Origin: Gemmatimonadaceae bacterium
GTDB lineage: Bacteria; Gemmatimonadota; Gemmatimonadetes; Gemmatimonadales; Gemmatimonadaceae
Direction: 5' to 3'
Assembly (NCBI GenBank): GCA_045803545.1
Contig: JBJMOW010000005.1
Span: forward strand, 224,001-288,000
Length of the DNA stretch: 64,000 nt
Shown here piece after piece: positions 18,141 to 26,827 of the stretch. A program made the position numbers and the translations under genes. The number at the start of each line of letters is the position of its first letter. Within the stretch, counting starts at the first letter, position 1. The notes beneath the pieces are model-generated. The model was not told the DNA's origin. It saw nothing but the letters and a program-made list of their open reading frames with translations, and ran no database searches.

Positions 18141-18542
18141 CTGCGGACTTTGCGCGGTGGCCCGATCAGTCGGCGGAGTATAGGGTTGCCGGAGCTTCTC
18201 GCCGCGCCTGTTCGCAATCATTGTCGTCGGATTCCGAGCAGAGGCGCGGCTGCGCGACCTCCGGCAACCCTACACTCCGCCTCCTTCCCTGAACTTGCGC
18301 GCGTGTCCGTCGGTTCGCTTGGCCCAAACCTCCACGCGCCCGCGACATGCGGGCCGAGCGAAGCTCGGCGCGCCCGCCAAGAAGAGGGGCAGCAGGAGCG
18401 GGAGAGGCTGGACACTTACAGATCGCGAAGGGAGGCGAGGGACTTCCGTGAAAAAATTCGCAGACCCGCCCGTCTCAGATCGCCTCTCACACGGCAGTCC
18501 GACAGTAGCGGGTCGAGTTTTTTTCAGGGAATGTCCCTCGCC
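18141..18542. other. Structured non-coding region with three consecutive long hairpins (candidate ncRNA or composite palindromic element)
   Basis: Stems at 18172-18281 (23-bp outer stem), 18294-18381 and 18434-18542; no credible ORF. Confidence 0.6.
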
Positions 18543-18558
18543 GACCCAAAACGAGATA

Positions 18559-18906
18559 TCAGCCAGGCGGCCAGGTCATTTTGCGTCCGCCGAGCAAGTG
18601 CAGATGCAAATGATCCACGGATTGACCACCGTCAGCTCCGGTGTTGATCACGACTCGATAGCCGGTTTTCGCGATGTGCTCCTGGCGCGCAAGAGCGGCG
18701 GCGAGGGTCATCATCCGACCGAGCAGGTCCGAATCGGTCACGTCATCCAGCGACGGAAAGTGCGTTTTCGGGACGATCAGAATGTGCGTTGGAGCCTGCG
18801 GGGCGATGTCGCGGAAGGCGATCAGCTCCTTGTTGTTGACCAGAGTCTTCGACGGGATTTCACCGCGAATGATTTTGCAGAAAATGCAATTCCTGGTGTC
18901 AAGCAT
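18559..18906 (-). CDS. Histidine triad nucleotide-binding protein (HinT-like)
   Basis: CIFCKII, AFRDIAPQAPTHILIVPK, GGQSVDHLHLHLLGGR. Confidence 0.94.
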   Translation of the reverse strand: MLDTRNCIFCKIIRGEIPSKTLVNNKELIAFRDIAPQAPTHILIVPKTHFPSLDDVTDSDLLGRMMTLAAALARQEHIAKTGYRVVINTGADGGQSVDHLHLHLLGGRKMTWPPG

Positions 18907-19645
18907 TGGCTGGCCTCGGGAGCATCGACGCCGCTGCAATCGCGACGGCGGAGATGCCTGCGGTCTCAAAACGTAGTGTGCTCTGCGCCAGCTTCACAGG
19001 GAGGAACGCTGCGCCGATGAAGGCATCGCGCTCCGCGTCTTCCATTCCGCCCTCCGGGCCAAGCGCCACGATGACTGGCGAATGCATCGGAACGCCGGCG
19101 ATGGGCTCGCCGTCCTTGCTGAGAATCAACCGCGTTCCGAGAGGAGCAGCCGCGATTGCGCGATCAACGGTCGCTTCGGGGAAAATCTCGGGCAGCCAAC
19201 CGCCTGCACTTTGTACCAGCGCCGACGTCATGCGCGCGCGAACCTTTCCCTGAAACGTCGAGCCCTCGCCGCGCGGGGAGACACTCTTGGAGCGGCGCCA
19301 TATCACGGGCCGCCAGCTCGTGATCCCCAGCTCAGTCGCTTTCTCTGCGAGCCACAGCATGCGCTCGCGGTCGGCGACCGGCGTTAGCAGATGAATCGGC
19401 GACGGGCGCTGTATCTCGCTGATCTCGGTGATGTCCACGAGCGCCGAGGTTCTGGAGGATTTGACGAGCACGCCGACGGCTGCCCGTCCCTCGCCGTTGC
19501 GTAGTGCGACGCACTCGCCAACACCGACACGTGCGACGCGAATATGGTGCGCCGCATCCTCCGACAGCGTGACGGTGCCGCCGGCTACGAAGCCATCGTT
19601 CGCAAAAAATGTCGCTACCGGGACGCGATCCGCGCACTCCACCAA
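18899..19645 (-). CDS. rsmE: 16S rRNA m3U1498 methyltransferase
   Basis: AHHIRVAR, EKATELGI, LGPEGG, LRFETAG. Confidence 0.92.
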   Translation of the reverse strand: MVECADRVPVATFFANDGFVAGGTVTLSEDAAHHIRVARVGVGECVALRNGEGRAAVGVLVKSSRTSALVDITEISEIQRPSPIHLLTPVADRERMLWLAEKATELGITSWRPVIWRRSKSVSPRGEGSTFQGKVRARMTSALVQSAGGWLPEIFPEATVDRAIAAAPLGTRLILSKDGEPIAGVPMHSPVIVALGPEGGMEDAERDAFIGAAFLPVKLAQSTLRFETAGISAVAIAAASMLPRPANA

Positions 19646-20433
19646 GCGTCCTCCAGGTCTTCTCGTTCGACTCGCCAGCCGCCATCGCTGAGGGCGCGCT
19701 TCATCACCGGTCGTTCGTCCACCACCATTCCGGCGATGATCGCTTTGCCGTCCGACGTCAATGCGGCTCTCATCGTCGGCAGCAACGGAACAATCACCGA
19801 CGAGATAATGTTGGCAAGCACGACACGTACCGGCGCGATCAGCGGCAGCAGCAGCGAAGCATCGCCTTCGATCACCTCAACGCGATCAGCGACCGCATTC
19901 ACCTCGATGTTCGACTCAGCGTTGGCGATCGAATCGTGGTCGAGCTCGATCGCGGCAACGCGGGATGCACCGAGCTTTGCGGCGGCGATCGACAACACCG
20001 CGCTGCCTGCTCCCAGGTCCGCGACGAAATCGCCGCGCTTGATGACGCTTTGCATCAACCGCATCACACCCCGGGTCGATTGATGCTCACCGGTCCCGAA
20101 CGCCATCGCTGGATCGATGATGATCGTCCGGACCGGATCCTCTTCGCTCGCCAGCCAGGGCGGCGCGATGACGAGCTCGCCGACGCGATGGACGCCGACC
20201 GAAGCGCGCCACTGGGAGTAATCCACCTCGAGCGACGGCGTGATACTGATCTCAGCAGCGGGATCGGCGTCTTTCACTGCACGTTGGATTCGATCGAGCG
20301 GGGCGTCACTGCGGAAATGGGTTAGCACGCTGCCGCCGTCTTCCTGTACTCCCTGCGAGCCGAAATCAAAAAGCGCCGCGATCACTCCGTCGCGGTTCGA
20401 CTGTGGAGTGATGCGCAGCGCGATCCAGCTCAA
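19615..20433 (-). CDS. prmA: Ribosomal protein L11 methyltransferase
   Basis: IDPAMAFGTGEHQST, DLGAGSAVLSI, VLANII. Confidence 0.94.
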   Translation of the reverse strand: MSWIALRITPQSNRDGVIAALFDFGSQGVQEDGGSVLTHFRSDAPLDRIQRAVKDADPAAEISITPSLEVDYSQWRASVGVHRVGELVIAPPWLASEEDPVRTIIIDPAMAFGTGEHQSTRGVMRLMQSVIKRGDFVADLGAGSAVLSIAAAKLGASRVAAIELDHDSIANAESNIEVNAVADRVEVIEGDASLLLPLIAPVRVVLANIISSVIVPLLPTMRAALTSDGKAIIAGMVVDERPVMKRALSDGGWRVEREDLEDAWWSARIASR

Positions 20434-20434
20434 A

Positions 20435-21562
20435 TCAGGCGCCGAGTGATTCGCGAATCTTCGACCAGAGTCCCTTTGGGCGCGGACTCGGCACTGCCTG
20501 CAGCTCGCTCAGACGCCGAATCAGCTTCTCTTCCTCGTCGCTGAATGCATCGGGCGTCCACAGCTGCAAGCGCACATGCAGATCACCGGAGGAGCTCGAG
20601 TTGATGCGTGGCAAGCCCCGACCGCGAAGGTTGAAGACCTGGCCGCTCTGAGTTCCCGGCGGGATCTGCAGTGTCACCGTGCCGCTCACCATCGGAACAT
20701 CGACGTTGGCGCCCAGCGCGATCTGAGCGTAAGTCACAAGAACTTCGGTATAGAGATCCTCACCGTCGCGCTCGAACCTCGGGTCCTCTTCTACCTCGAA
20801 CACGACGAGGATGTCACCACGAGGCCCGCCACGCGGACCTACGTTGCCGACGCCACGCATCGTCATGTACTGGCCAGTAGCCACGCCCGCCGGAATCCGC
20901 ACCGCAATCTGCTTCTCGCCGCGAACGCGTCCCTCGCCTCTGCATTTCTTGCACGGCGCGGCGATGACGGTGCCTTCACCGGAGCAGGTCGGACACGGGG
21001 CAACGCTCACTACCTGGCCGAAGAAGCTGCGCTGCGCGCGACGTACCTCGCCTGTGCCGCGGCACGTCGTGCACGTCGTCGGGCTCGAGCCTGGCTCAGC
21101 GCCACGGCCTTCGCAGCGATCGCAAGGTTCCAGGAGCTTCACCGTCACCGTTTTCTCGACGCCGCTCGCGACTTCGTTCAACGTCAGCGGCATCGCCATC
21201 TTGATATCGGAACCGGTGCGGGGGCCGGTCTGCCGTGTGGCTGCGCCGAAGAGATCGCCGAATCCGCCAAGTCCACCCAGATCGCGCATGAAGATGCTGA
21301 GCGCTTCCGAGAGATCGACGTGATGGAATCCCGCGGCGCCCCCGCGCAGTCCAGCCTCACCGTAGCGATCGTAAAGCGCGCGCTTGTTTGGATCGCGCAG
21401 CACGTCGTACGCCTCGGTGATCGCCTTGAACTTCTCCTCGGCTTCCTTCGCCCCGTTGTTGCGGTCGGGATGGAACTGCATCGCCAGCTTGCGATACGCC
21501 TTCTTGATGTCGTCGTCGCTGGCGCCGTGTGCGACGCCGAGCGTGTTATAAAAATCAGCCAT
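20435..21562 (-). CDS. dnaJ: Chaperone DnaJ
   Basis: J domain HPD motif, four CxxCxGxG repeats, C-terminal domains. Confidence 0.97.
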   Translation of the reverse strand: MADFYNTLGVAHGASDDDIKKAYRKLAMQFHPDRNNGAKEAEEKFKAITEAYDVLRDPNKRALYDRYGEAGLRGGAAGFHHVDLSEALSIFMRDLGGLGGFGDLFGAATRQTGPRTGSDIKMAMPLTLNEVASGVEKTVTVKLLEPCDRCEGRGAEPGSSPTTCTTCRGTGEVRRAQRSFFGQVVSVAPCPTCSGEGTVIAAPCKKCRGEGRVRGEKQIAVRIPAGVATGQYMTMRGVGNVGPRGGPRGDILVVFEVEEDPRFERDGEDLYTEVLVTYAQIALGANVDVPMVSGTVTLQIPPGTQSGQVFNLRGRGLPRINSSSSGDLHVRLQLWTPDAFSDEEEKLIRRLSELQAVPSPRPKGLWSKIRESLGA

Positions 21563-22616
21563 GCGTTCTAGGATTCTCCTTCAACAAATCAGTCACCAGC
21601 TCCGACGTATGCGTTACAAGCGAGATCACCTTGTCGTAAGGCATTCTCGTCGGACCAATGACACCAATCACTCCAGTCAACGGACCTGCATGATACGAAG
21701 CCGTCACGACCGTAAAGTTCGTAAGCTTCGGATCGTTGTGTTCATTGCCAATCGTTATCGACACGCCGCTGGTGTCGCTGCGACGGCGAAGCAGCTCGCC
21801 GAGTTTTTGTCGTGTTTCCGTCAACTCGACAAGTCTACGCATGTTGTCAACACTGGCGAATTCCGGCTGCTCAGCCAGCACTGATGCCTGCCCCAACAGC
21901 ACGCCGTCCTCGTCCGACTCGAGCGAACTATTGAAGACCTGATCCCCTTCTTCGATGAAGACATTGAGCAGATCAGTTGCGTCACGTGGTACGGAGTCGC
22001 GCAGACGGTCGCCAAGCGAAGCGCGAATCTGGCGCAGAGACAGTCCAGCCAGTCGCTCATTGAGAACGTGGGTGACTTCCGCGATGGCGGCATCGGCGAT
22101 CTCACCGCGGACATCGACGAAAATGGTGCGAACTGCGCCGGGTGAGAGTGTGAGGGCAACGAGTAGTCGCTCCGACGAGAGTCGAATGAGCTCGACGCCC
22201 TCGAGCACCGCGTTGTCGAGGCGAGGACCAAGCGCAACGCCGAGCTCCTGGGTGATGACACCGAGGCTCTGTGCCGCGCGTCGGAGGATTGCTTCGACAG
22301 CTGAACCGCCGCTCGAGATCTGCGCGGTCAGTCGTCGGCGGTCGGGAGCGCCCGGCGGTTTGATCGGAATCAGCGAGTCGACGTAAACGCGATATGCGAC
22401 ATCAGTTGGGATCCGGCCGGCGGATGCGTGCGGATGGAAGAGATAACCTTTCTCCTCCAGATCGCTCATGGTGTTGCGGATGGTCGCGGGCGAAACACCG
22501 AGTCCAAACCGATGGGCGAGACTGCGCGAACCGGCTGGCTGGGCGGTTTCGACATACGTCTGAATTACGGCTTCGAGGATACGCCGCTCGCGTTCGTTCA
22601 GACTCGGCAGTGACAT
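21555..22616 (-). CDS. hrcA: Heat-inducible transcription repressor HrcA
   Basis: SPATIRNTMSDLEEKGYL..PHASAGRIPT, GVIGPTRMPY. Confidence 0.96.
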   Translation of the reverse strand: MSLPSLNERERRILEAVIQTYVETAQPAGSRSLAHRFGLGVSPATIRNTMSDLEEKGYLFHPHASAGRIPTDVAYRVYVDSLIPIKPPGAPDRRRLTAQISSGGSAVEAILRRAAQSLGVITQELGVALGPRLDNAVLEGVELIRLSSERLLVALTLSPGAVRTIFVDVRGEIADAAIAEVTHVLNERLAGLSLRQIRASLGDRLRDSVPRDATDLLNVFIEEGDQVFNSSLESDEDGVLLGQASVLAEQPEFASVDNMRRLVELTETRQKLGELLRRRSDTSGVSITIGNEHNDPKLTNFTVVTASYHAGPLTGVIGVIGPTRMPYDKVISLVTHTSELVTDLLKENPRTHG

Positions 22617-22652
22617 GCTTAAATATAGTGGCGACTAGGGGTTAGCGGGACG

Positions 22653-22697
22653 GCGGGAAGCGGGGAGCGGGAAGCGGGAAGCGGGAAGCGGGAAGCG
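22653..22697. repeat. GCGGGAA heptamer tandem array (6 units)
   Basis: GCGGGAA GCGGGGA (GCGGGAA)4 GCG, between hemW and hrcA. Confidence 0.9.
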
Positions 22698-22702
22698 CAG
22701 AG

Positions 22703-23863
22703 CTATACGCCGGAGGACGCGTAGGCGGCAAGGCTATCGAGGCGCAGCCAGCCGGTCGGTGTCAGGCGGACTCGGAGTGCGCCGTGATCGTTGATCACGG
22801 ACGCCCAGCCGGCGTCTTGCCACGAGCGCAGGTACGATGGTTCGCCCCGCTCGACAAGGAGGCCGGCGGAGGTGCGCAAACCCAGGTAGGCGGCTTCGCT
22901 CATACGGTTGTCGCGGGTCAGCCGCTCTTCCCCGGCCATGATTGGTTCTCCTTTGGCGAGGCGGCGCATCCATTCAGCGTATGGCGCAACGTTCCAGCGC
23001 CGTACTTCACCGTCGAACGAATGCGCTGAAGGGCCGGCGGCGAGATAAGGGACGCCGGTCCAATAGGCTGAGTTATGGCGCGAGCGTTTCCCGGGACGAG
23101 CAAAATTCGAGACCTCGTAGTGTTCGAATCCGGCTCCTGCCAGAGTCTCGTGCGCAATGAGAAACTCCTCCTCGTATCCCTCTTCGCCGCCCTGAACGAT
23201 CTGACCGCGATCGGCCCATTTGCCGATTGGGGTCATTGACTCAACGGTGAGACCGTAGAGCGACAGATGCGCGGGCTCGAGCTGAATGGCGCGATCGAGG
23301 TCATCGCGCCAGGAGCGGCCGATGTGTCCGGGCAGCGAAAAGATCAGATCGAGTGAGATGTTGTCGATGCCACCCCGCCTGAGGATCGAGACGGCACGGC
23401 CGATCTGCGCCGAGTTGTGAGTGCGGTGCATCCATTCGAGGCCGGCGTCATTGAAAGTTTGCGCACCCAGTGACACGCGATTTACGCCAGCGGCAGTCCA
23501 CCTGGCGACAGCGACGTCGTTGATGTCGTCGGGATTCGCCTCAACAGTGATCTCAGCGCCGCGCGCCATTTGCCAGTGGTCGCCAACACTGGTCAACACC
23601 GATGCGACTCCGGCTCCGCCCAGTCGGGACGGAGTTCCGCCGCCGAGATAGACCGTTTCCAAAGCGTCGCGGACTGCTCGGCCGGTTACACGCCGATTCT
23701 GACTCGTTGCGTCGTCTCGTTCGGCGACCTGTGTCAGCTCGGTGCGCAGAGCAGCCAGGTACTCATCGATAGGCGTGACAGACCTGACGGCGATCGAGAA
23801 ATCGCAGTACGAGCAGCGGCGAGCGCAGAAGGGAACGTGGATGTAGAGATGCCGTGCGGGCAT
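22703..23863 (-). CDS. hemW: Radical SAM heme chaperone HemW (HemN-like)
   Basis: LYIHVPFCARRCSYCDF, GGGTPS, EANP, YEVSNFA, HNSAYW. Start at ATG 23863; the longer track ORF reads into a repeat. Confidence 0.92.
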   Translation of the reverse strand: MPARHLYIHVPFCARRCSYCDFSIAVRSVTPIDEYLAALRTELTQVAERDDATSQNRRVTGRAVRDALETVYLGGGTPSRLGGAGVASVLTSVGDHWQMARGAEITVEANPDDINDVAVARWTAAGVNRVSLGAQTFNDAGLEWMHRTHNSAQIGRAVSILRRGGIDNISLDLIFSLPGHIGRSWRDDLDRAIQLEPAHLSLYGLTVESMTPIGKWADRGQIVQGGEEGYEEEFLIAHETLAGAGFEHYEVSNFARPGKRSRHNSAYWTGVPYLAAGPSAHSFDGEVRRWNVAPYAEWMRRLAKGEPIMAGEERLTRDNRMSEAAYLGLRTSAGLLVERGEPSYLRSWQDAGWASVINDHGALRVRLTPTGWLRLDSLAAYASSGV

Positions 23864-23883
23864 ACTCGTGAATATATCGGGGG

Positions 23884-24050
23884 GAGACTGAGGCCTGAGG
23901 AGTAAGTGCATCAGAGACTGAGGCCTGAGGACTAAGTGCATCGATCATCGCGGACTAAGTGAGGATTGCGGACAACCGAGGATTCACTCGTGGTCCTCCA
24001 TCAGCAATTAGTCAGCAATCATAGATGCACTTGGTCCTCGGGCCTCAGTC
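23884..24050. repeat. Palindromic element family A, copy 3, with duplicated left end
   Basis: 30-bp tandem GAGACTGAGGCCTGAGGASTAAGTGCATCR (23884-23943); right arm GATGCACTTGGTCCTCGGGCCTCAGTC. Confidence 0.85.
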
Positions 24051-24063
24051 AACCCAACCTGAG

Positions 24064-24951
24064 TCAACGTCGTTTGATCTCTCCAGCCAGAGTGCATTCG
24101 ACCAGGCCCATTATCTCCAGCGAAGTGATCGCTGCGAGGCATTCGCCCAGACTCAAATCCGTCAGCGACGGAAGTTCGTCGGTCAGCTTCACTCCGTCGA
24201 CGAGCGAGTCCCAGATCTTCTGCTCGGTGTCGGGCAGCAGCGGGGCGGGAGGATTCTCCGGCTTCAGAGTGATGCCGATCAGCGAAAGCGCGTCCTCGGG
24301 CTTGGTTATCACCTGCGCGCCGTCCTTGATCAACTGATTGGTGCCTCGGCTCTGGTTGCTGTCGATCGGGCCGGGAACGGCCGCGACTGTCCGGCCTAGC
24401 TCCAAAGCCTGGGTCGCGGTATTGATCGCCCCGCTCCGGAAATCGGCCTCCACGACGATCGTCACCGGCGCGAGAGCGGCGATGATCCGATTGCGTTTGG
24501 GAAAGGCGCCCTGATGTGCGGTAGCACCGGGCGGGTTCTCGGATATCACCAGTCCGTTAGTGGCGATCGACCGATGGAGCGCGCGGTGGCCAACGGGATA
24601 AGGAACGTCGATGCCGGTGCCTAGAACGGCGATGGTCCCGGCGCCGTTCTCGAGCGCGGTGCGGTGCGCTTTGCTATCGATCCCGCGCGCCATGCCGCTG
24701 ACCACAGTGACCCCGGCGCGGGCGAACGCCAGCCCAAGATTGCGCGCGACACGCTCGCCATAACCGGTCGAGTTTCTCGTCCCAACGACGGCGATTCGCG
24801 GGCGACTTAGAACCTCCCGATCGCCGATGGCAAAGAGCGGCGACGGGGGAATCGCGAGCTCGAGCAGCTCGCACGGATACTCCGGCGAATCCTTCGTCCA
24901 CTCTTGAATGGTGAGCGAGGGTTCACTTGAAGTGATGCTCGCGAATGTCAA
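24064..24951 (-). CDS. dprA: DNA processing protein DprA (short N terminus)
   Basis: AVVGTR, VVSGMARGIDSKAH, FPKRNRIIAAL, SGAINTA, AVPG; C-terminal winged helix. Confidence 0.93.
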   Translation of the reverse strand: MTFASITSSEPSLTIQEWTKDSPEYPCELLELAIPPSPLFAIGDREVLSRPRIAVVGTRNSTGYGERVARNLGLAFARAGVTVVSGMARGIDSKAHRTALENGAGTIAVLGTGIDVPYPVGHRALHRSIATNGLVISENPPGATAHQGAFPKRNRIIAALAPVTIVVEADFRSGAINTATQALELGRTVAAVPGPIDSNQSRGTNQLIKDGAQVITKPEDALSLIGITLKPENPPAPLLPDTEQKIWDSLVDGVKLTDELPSLTDLSLGECLAAITSLEIMGLVECTLAGEIKRR

Positions 24952-25967
24952 GGGAGACTTACAGTTGCGTCTTCAGGTCTCTCGCTCTTTTTGAGGCGCA
25001 GGATCTCGTTCCACCAGCCTGCCAGCAACTCGTCGAGGCCAGTCCGCGCGGCCGCACTCACGGCAAAGGATCCGAACGAGCCGGGCGCGTTGATGGGCGG
25101 AAGGTACTCCTCACCCATCAAATCCATCTTGGTGAAAACGACGCAATGGGGTTTGGTCGCGAGGTCGGCCGAATACTCAGCGACTTCGCCGCGGAGCTGG
25201 TCGTATTCCGCTTGCCAGTCCATCGCGTCGATCGGGATGAGGAAAGACAATATCCGCGTCCTTTCGATGTGCCGCAGGAACTGAAGCCCGAGTCCCTTCC
25301 CCTCGTGAGCTCCTTCGATGATTCCGGGGATGTCGGCGACGACGAAGGTCCGGCTATCGGTCAACTGCACGACGCCGAGATTGGGTTGGAGGGTGGTGAA
25401 GGGATAGTCGGCAATCTTTGGCCGGGCGGCGGAGATCACAGAAAGAAGCGTCGACTTGCCGGCGTTCGGCTGACCGACCAGACCGACATCCGCGATGAGC
25501 TTGAGCTCCATCTCGACGGTGCGCGCCACGCCTTCTTCACCCGGCTGCCACTCTCGCGGCGATTGGTGGGTAGCGGTCGCAAAAAAAGCGTTACCCTTCC
25601 CCCCTCGCCCACCTTTGGCGATCACGACCTCCTGGCCATCTTCGAGAATCTCGGCGAGGATCTCGCCCGTTTGAGCTTCACGGAGGATCGTCCCTGGAGG
25701 CACAGGCATCACAATGTCCTTGCCGGATCGACCCGATTTGTTGGCCCCCATCCCGTGCTCGCCACGCTCCGCCACCCAGCGATCGCGGTAGGTGTAGTCG
25801 AGCAGGGTCGCCAGATTCTTGTCTCCGCGCACGATGACGTCGCCGCCGCGGCCACCATCTCCGCCGTCGGGGCCGCCCATCGGCGTGCGCCACTCGCGGC
25901 GGAAGCTCGTCGCGCCCGATCCGCCGGTGCCGCCTTCGATTCGGATTACTGCGCGGTCAATGAACAT
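24948..25967 (-). CDS. obgE: GTPase ObgE
   Basis: MFIDRA, GGPDGGDGGRGG, GQPNAGKSTL, YPFTTL, DIPG. Confidence 0.97.
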   Translation of the reverse strand: MFIDRAVIRIEGGTGGSGATSFRREWRTPMGGPDGGDGGRGGDVIVRGDKNLATLLDYTYRDRWVAERGEHGMGANKSGRSGKDIVMPVPPGTILREAQTGEILAEILEDGQEVVIAKGGRGGKGNAFFATATHQSPREWQPGEEGVARTVEMELKLIADVGLVGQPNAGKSTLLSVISAARPKIADYPFTTLQPNLGVVQLTDSRTFVVADIPGIIEGAHEGKGLGLQFLRHIERTRILSFLIPIDAMDWQAEYDQLRGEVAEYSADLATKPHCVVFTKMDLMGEEYLPPINAPGSFGSFAVSAAARTGLDELLAGWWNEILRLKKSERPEDATVSLP

Positions 25968-25998
25968 TGGGTCCGGTACTAGTCTGTTGTGGCTACTA

Positions 25999-26164
25999 AC
26001 TGCGGACCAACGAAAGGTAGGCAGGAAGCAGAGTGCTCAGGGTAGAGTTTGCAGCTATGTGCGTGGCGTTTGAGACGAACGGAACCAGGAATGACAAGAT
26101 CAACGCTGCCACCTGCCTGCTGACCATGTCTGCAACCTGCCTACCTTTTGTTGCAGTGCGCAGT
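25999..26164. repeat. Long imperfect palindrome (element C)
   Basis: CAACGAAAGGTAGGCAGG (26008-26025) / CCTGCCTACCTTTTGTTG (26136-26153), with ACTGCG...CGCAGT termini. Confidence 0.75.
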
Positions 26165-26808
26165 CACGCCGAAACCACCTTAGCCAGCAGCAGCTTGTAC
26201 CTCGCAAGATCGTCCCGCGAGATCAAATCGTTGAGCGCGTCCAGGACAGCACCGATCTCCAAGCCACTCGATCCGGAGTTGAGCGCTCCGTGTAGATGGG
26301 AGTGAAGCTGGCGTTGTTGCCCCGACGTCGCGCAGGCCGCGACGACGCACAGCTCGCGGGTCCGCAAATCTACATAGGGACGGGAGAGCACCTTGCCGTA
26401 GCCGTCGATGATCATCCATTCGTCGAGCGCGGGATGCAGCTGGCGGATATTCTCGCGCAGCTTGTCGTACATATCGCCGTAGACGATCCGACACGTCTCT
26501 TCGCCGCGCTCGCGCCAAAGCTCGATTTCGTCTACCGTCGCATGCTCGTCGTCGGGAGGAGCCTGGCGCTCGGAGACCGCTCGCCACGCCCGCGCGGCGT
26601 TCAGAGCGCGTGGGAAGCCGGCGAACAGGTACGACTGGAGAATTATCTCTTCCACCGCGACTGGATCGACTTCATCTACTGCTTCGGACATTATCGCTCG
26701 CACCTGACCTTCGGGTGAGCCGGCAATCGCCCCTGCGATCCTTACCAGGTGCCGCAGGCCAGCCGAGAGTGGCGCAAGGTTAGTTCGAGTCTCTGCGCCG
26801 GTCGTCAT
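26164..26808 (-). CDS. Carboxymuconolactone decarboxylase (CMD/AhpD-like) family protein
   Basis: EEIILQSYLFAGFPRALNA, GYGKVLSRP, RTRELCVVA, QLHSHLHGAL. Confidence 0.8.
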   Translation of the reverse strand: MTTGAETRTNLAPLSAGLRHLVRIAGAIAGSPEGQVRAIMSEAVDEVDPVAVEEIILQSYLFAGFPRALNAARAWRAVSERQAPPDDEHATVDEIELWRERGEETCRIVYGDMYDKLRENIRQLHPALDEWMIIDGYGKVLSRPYVDLRTRELCVVAACATSGQQRQLHSHLHGALNSGSSGLEIGAVLDALNDLISRDDLARYKLLLAKVVSA

Positions 26809-26827
26809 CGGGCTTCGGCGCGCGTAA

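Noticed and set aside
18172..18281. Hairpin H1 as SRP (4.5S) or 6S RNA
   Set aside because: Lacks the SRP helix-8 CAGG..GGAA..AGCAG motif, and is too short and lacks the large central bubble expected for 6S
18150..18647. Track ORFs (165, 60 and 65 aa) in the rpsU-HIT gap
   Set aside because: Low-complexity Arg/Pro/Ala products with no recognisable motif; the region is better explained by inverted repeats
22617..22702. CIRCE operator upstream of hrcA
   Set aside because: No TTAGCACTC-N9-GAGTGCTAA-like palindrome is visible
23864..23941. N-terminal extension of hemW (MHLVLRPQSLMHLLLRPQS), and likewise arcA 4234-4311
   Set aside because: These are translations of family A repeat DNA; family homology starts downstream
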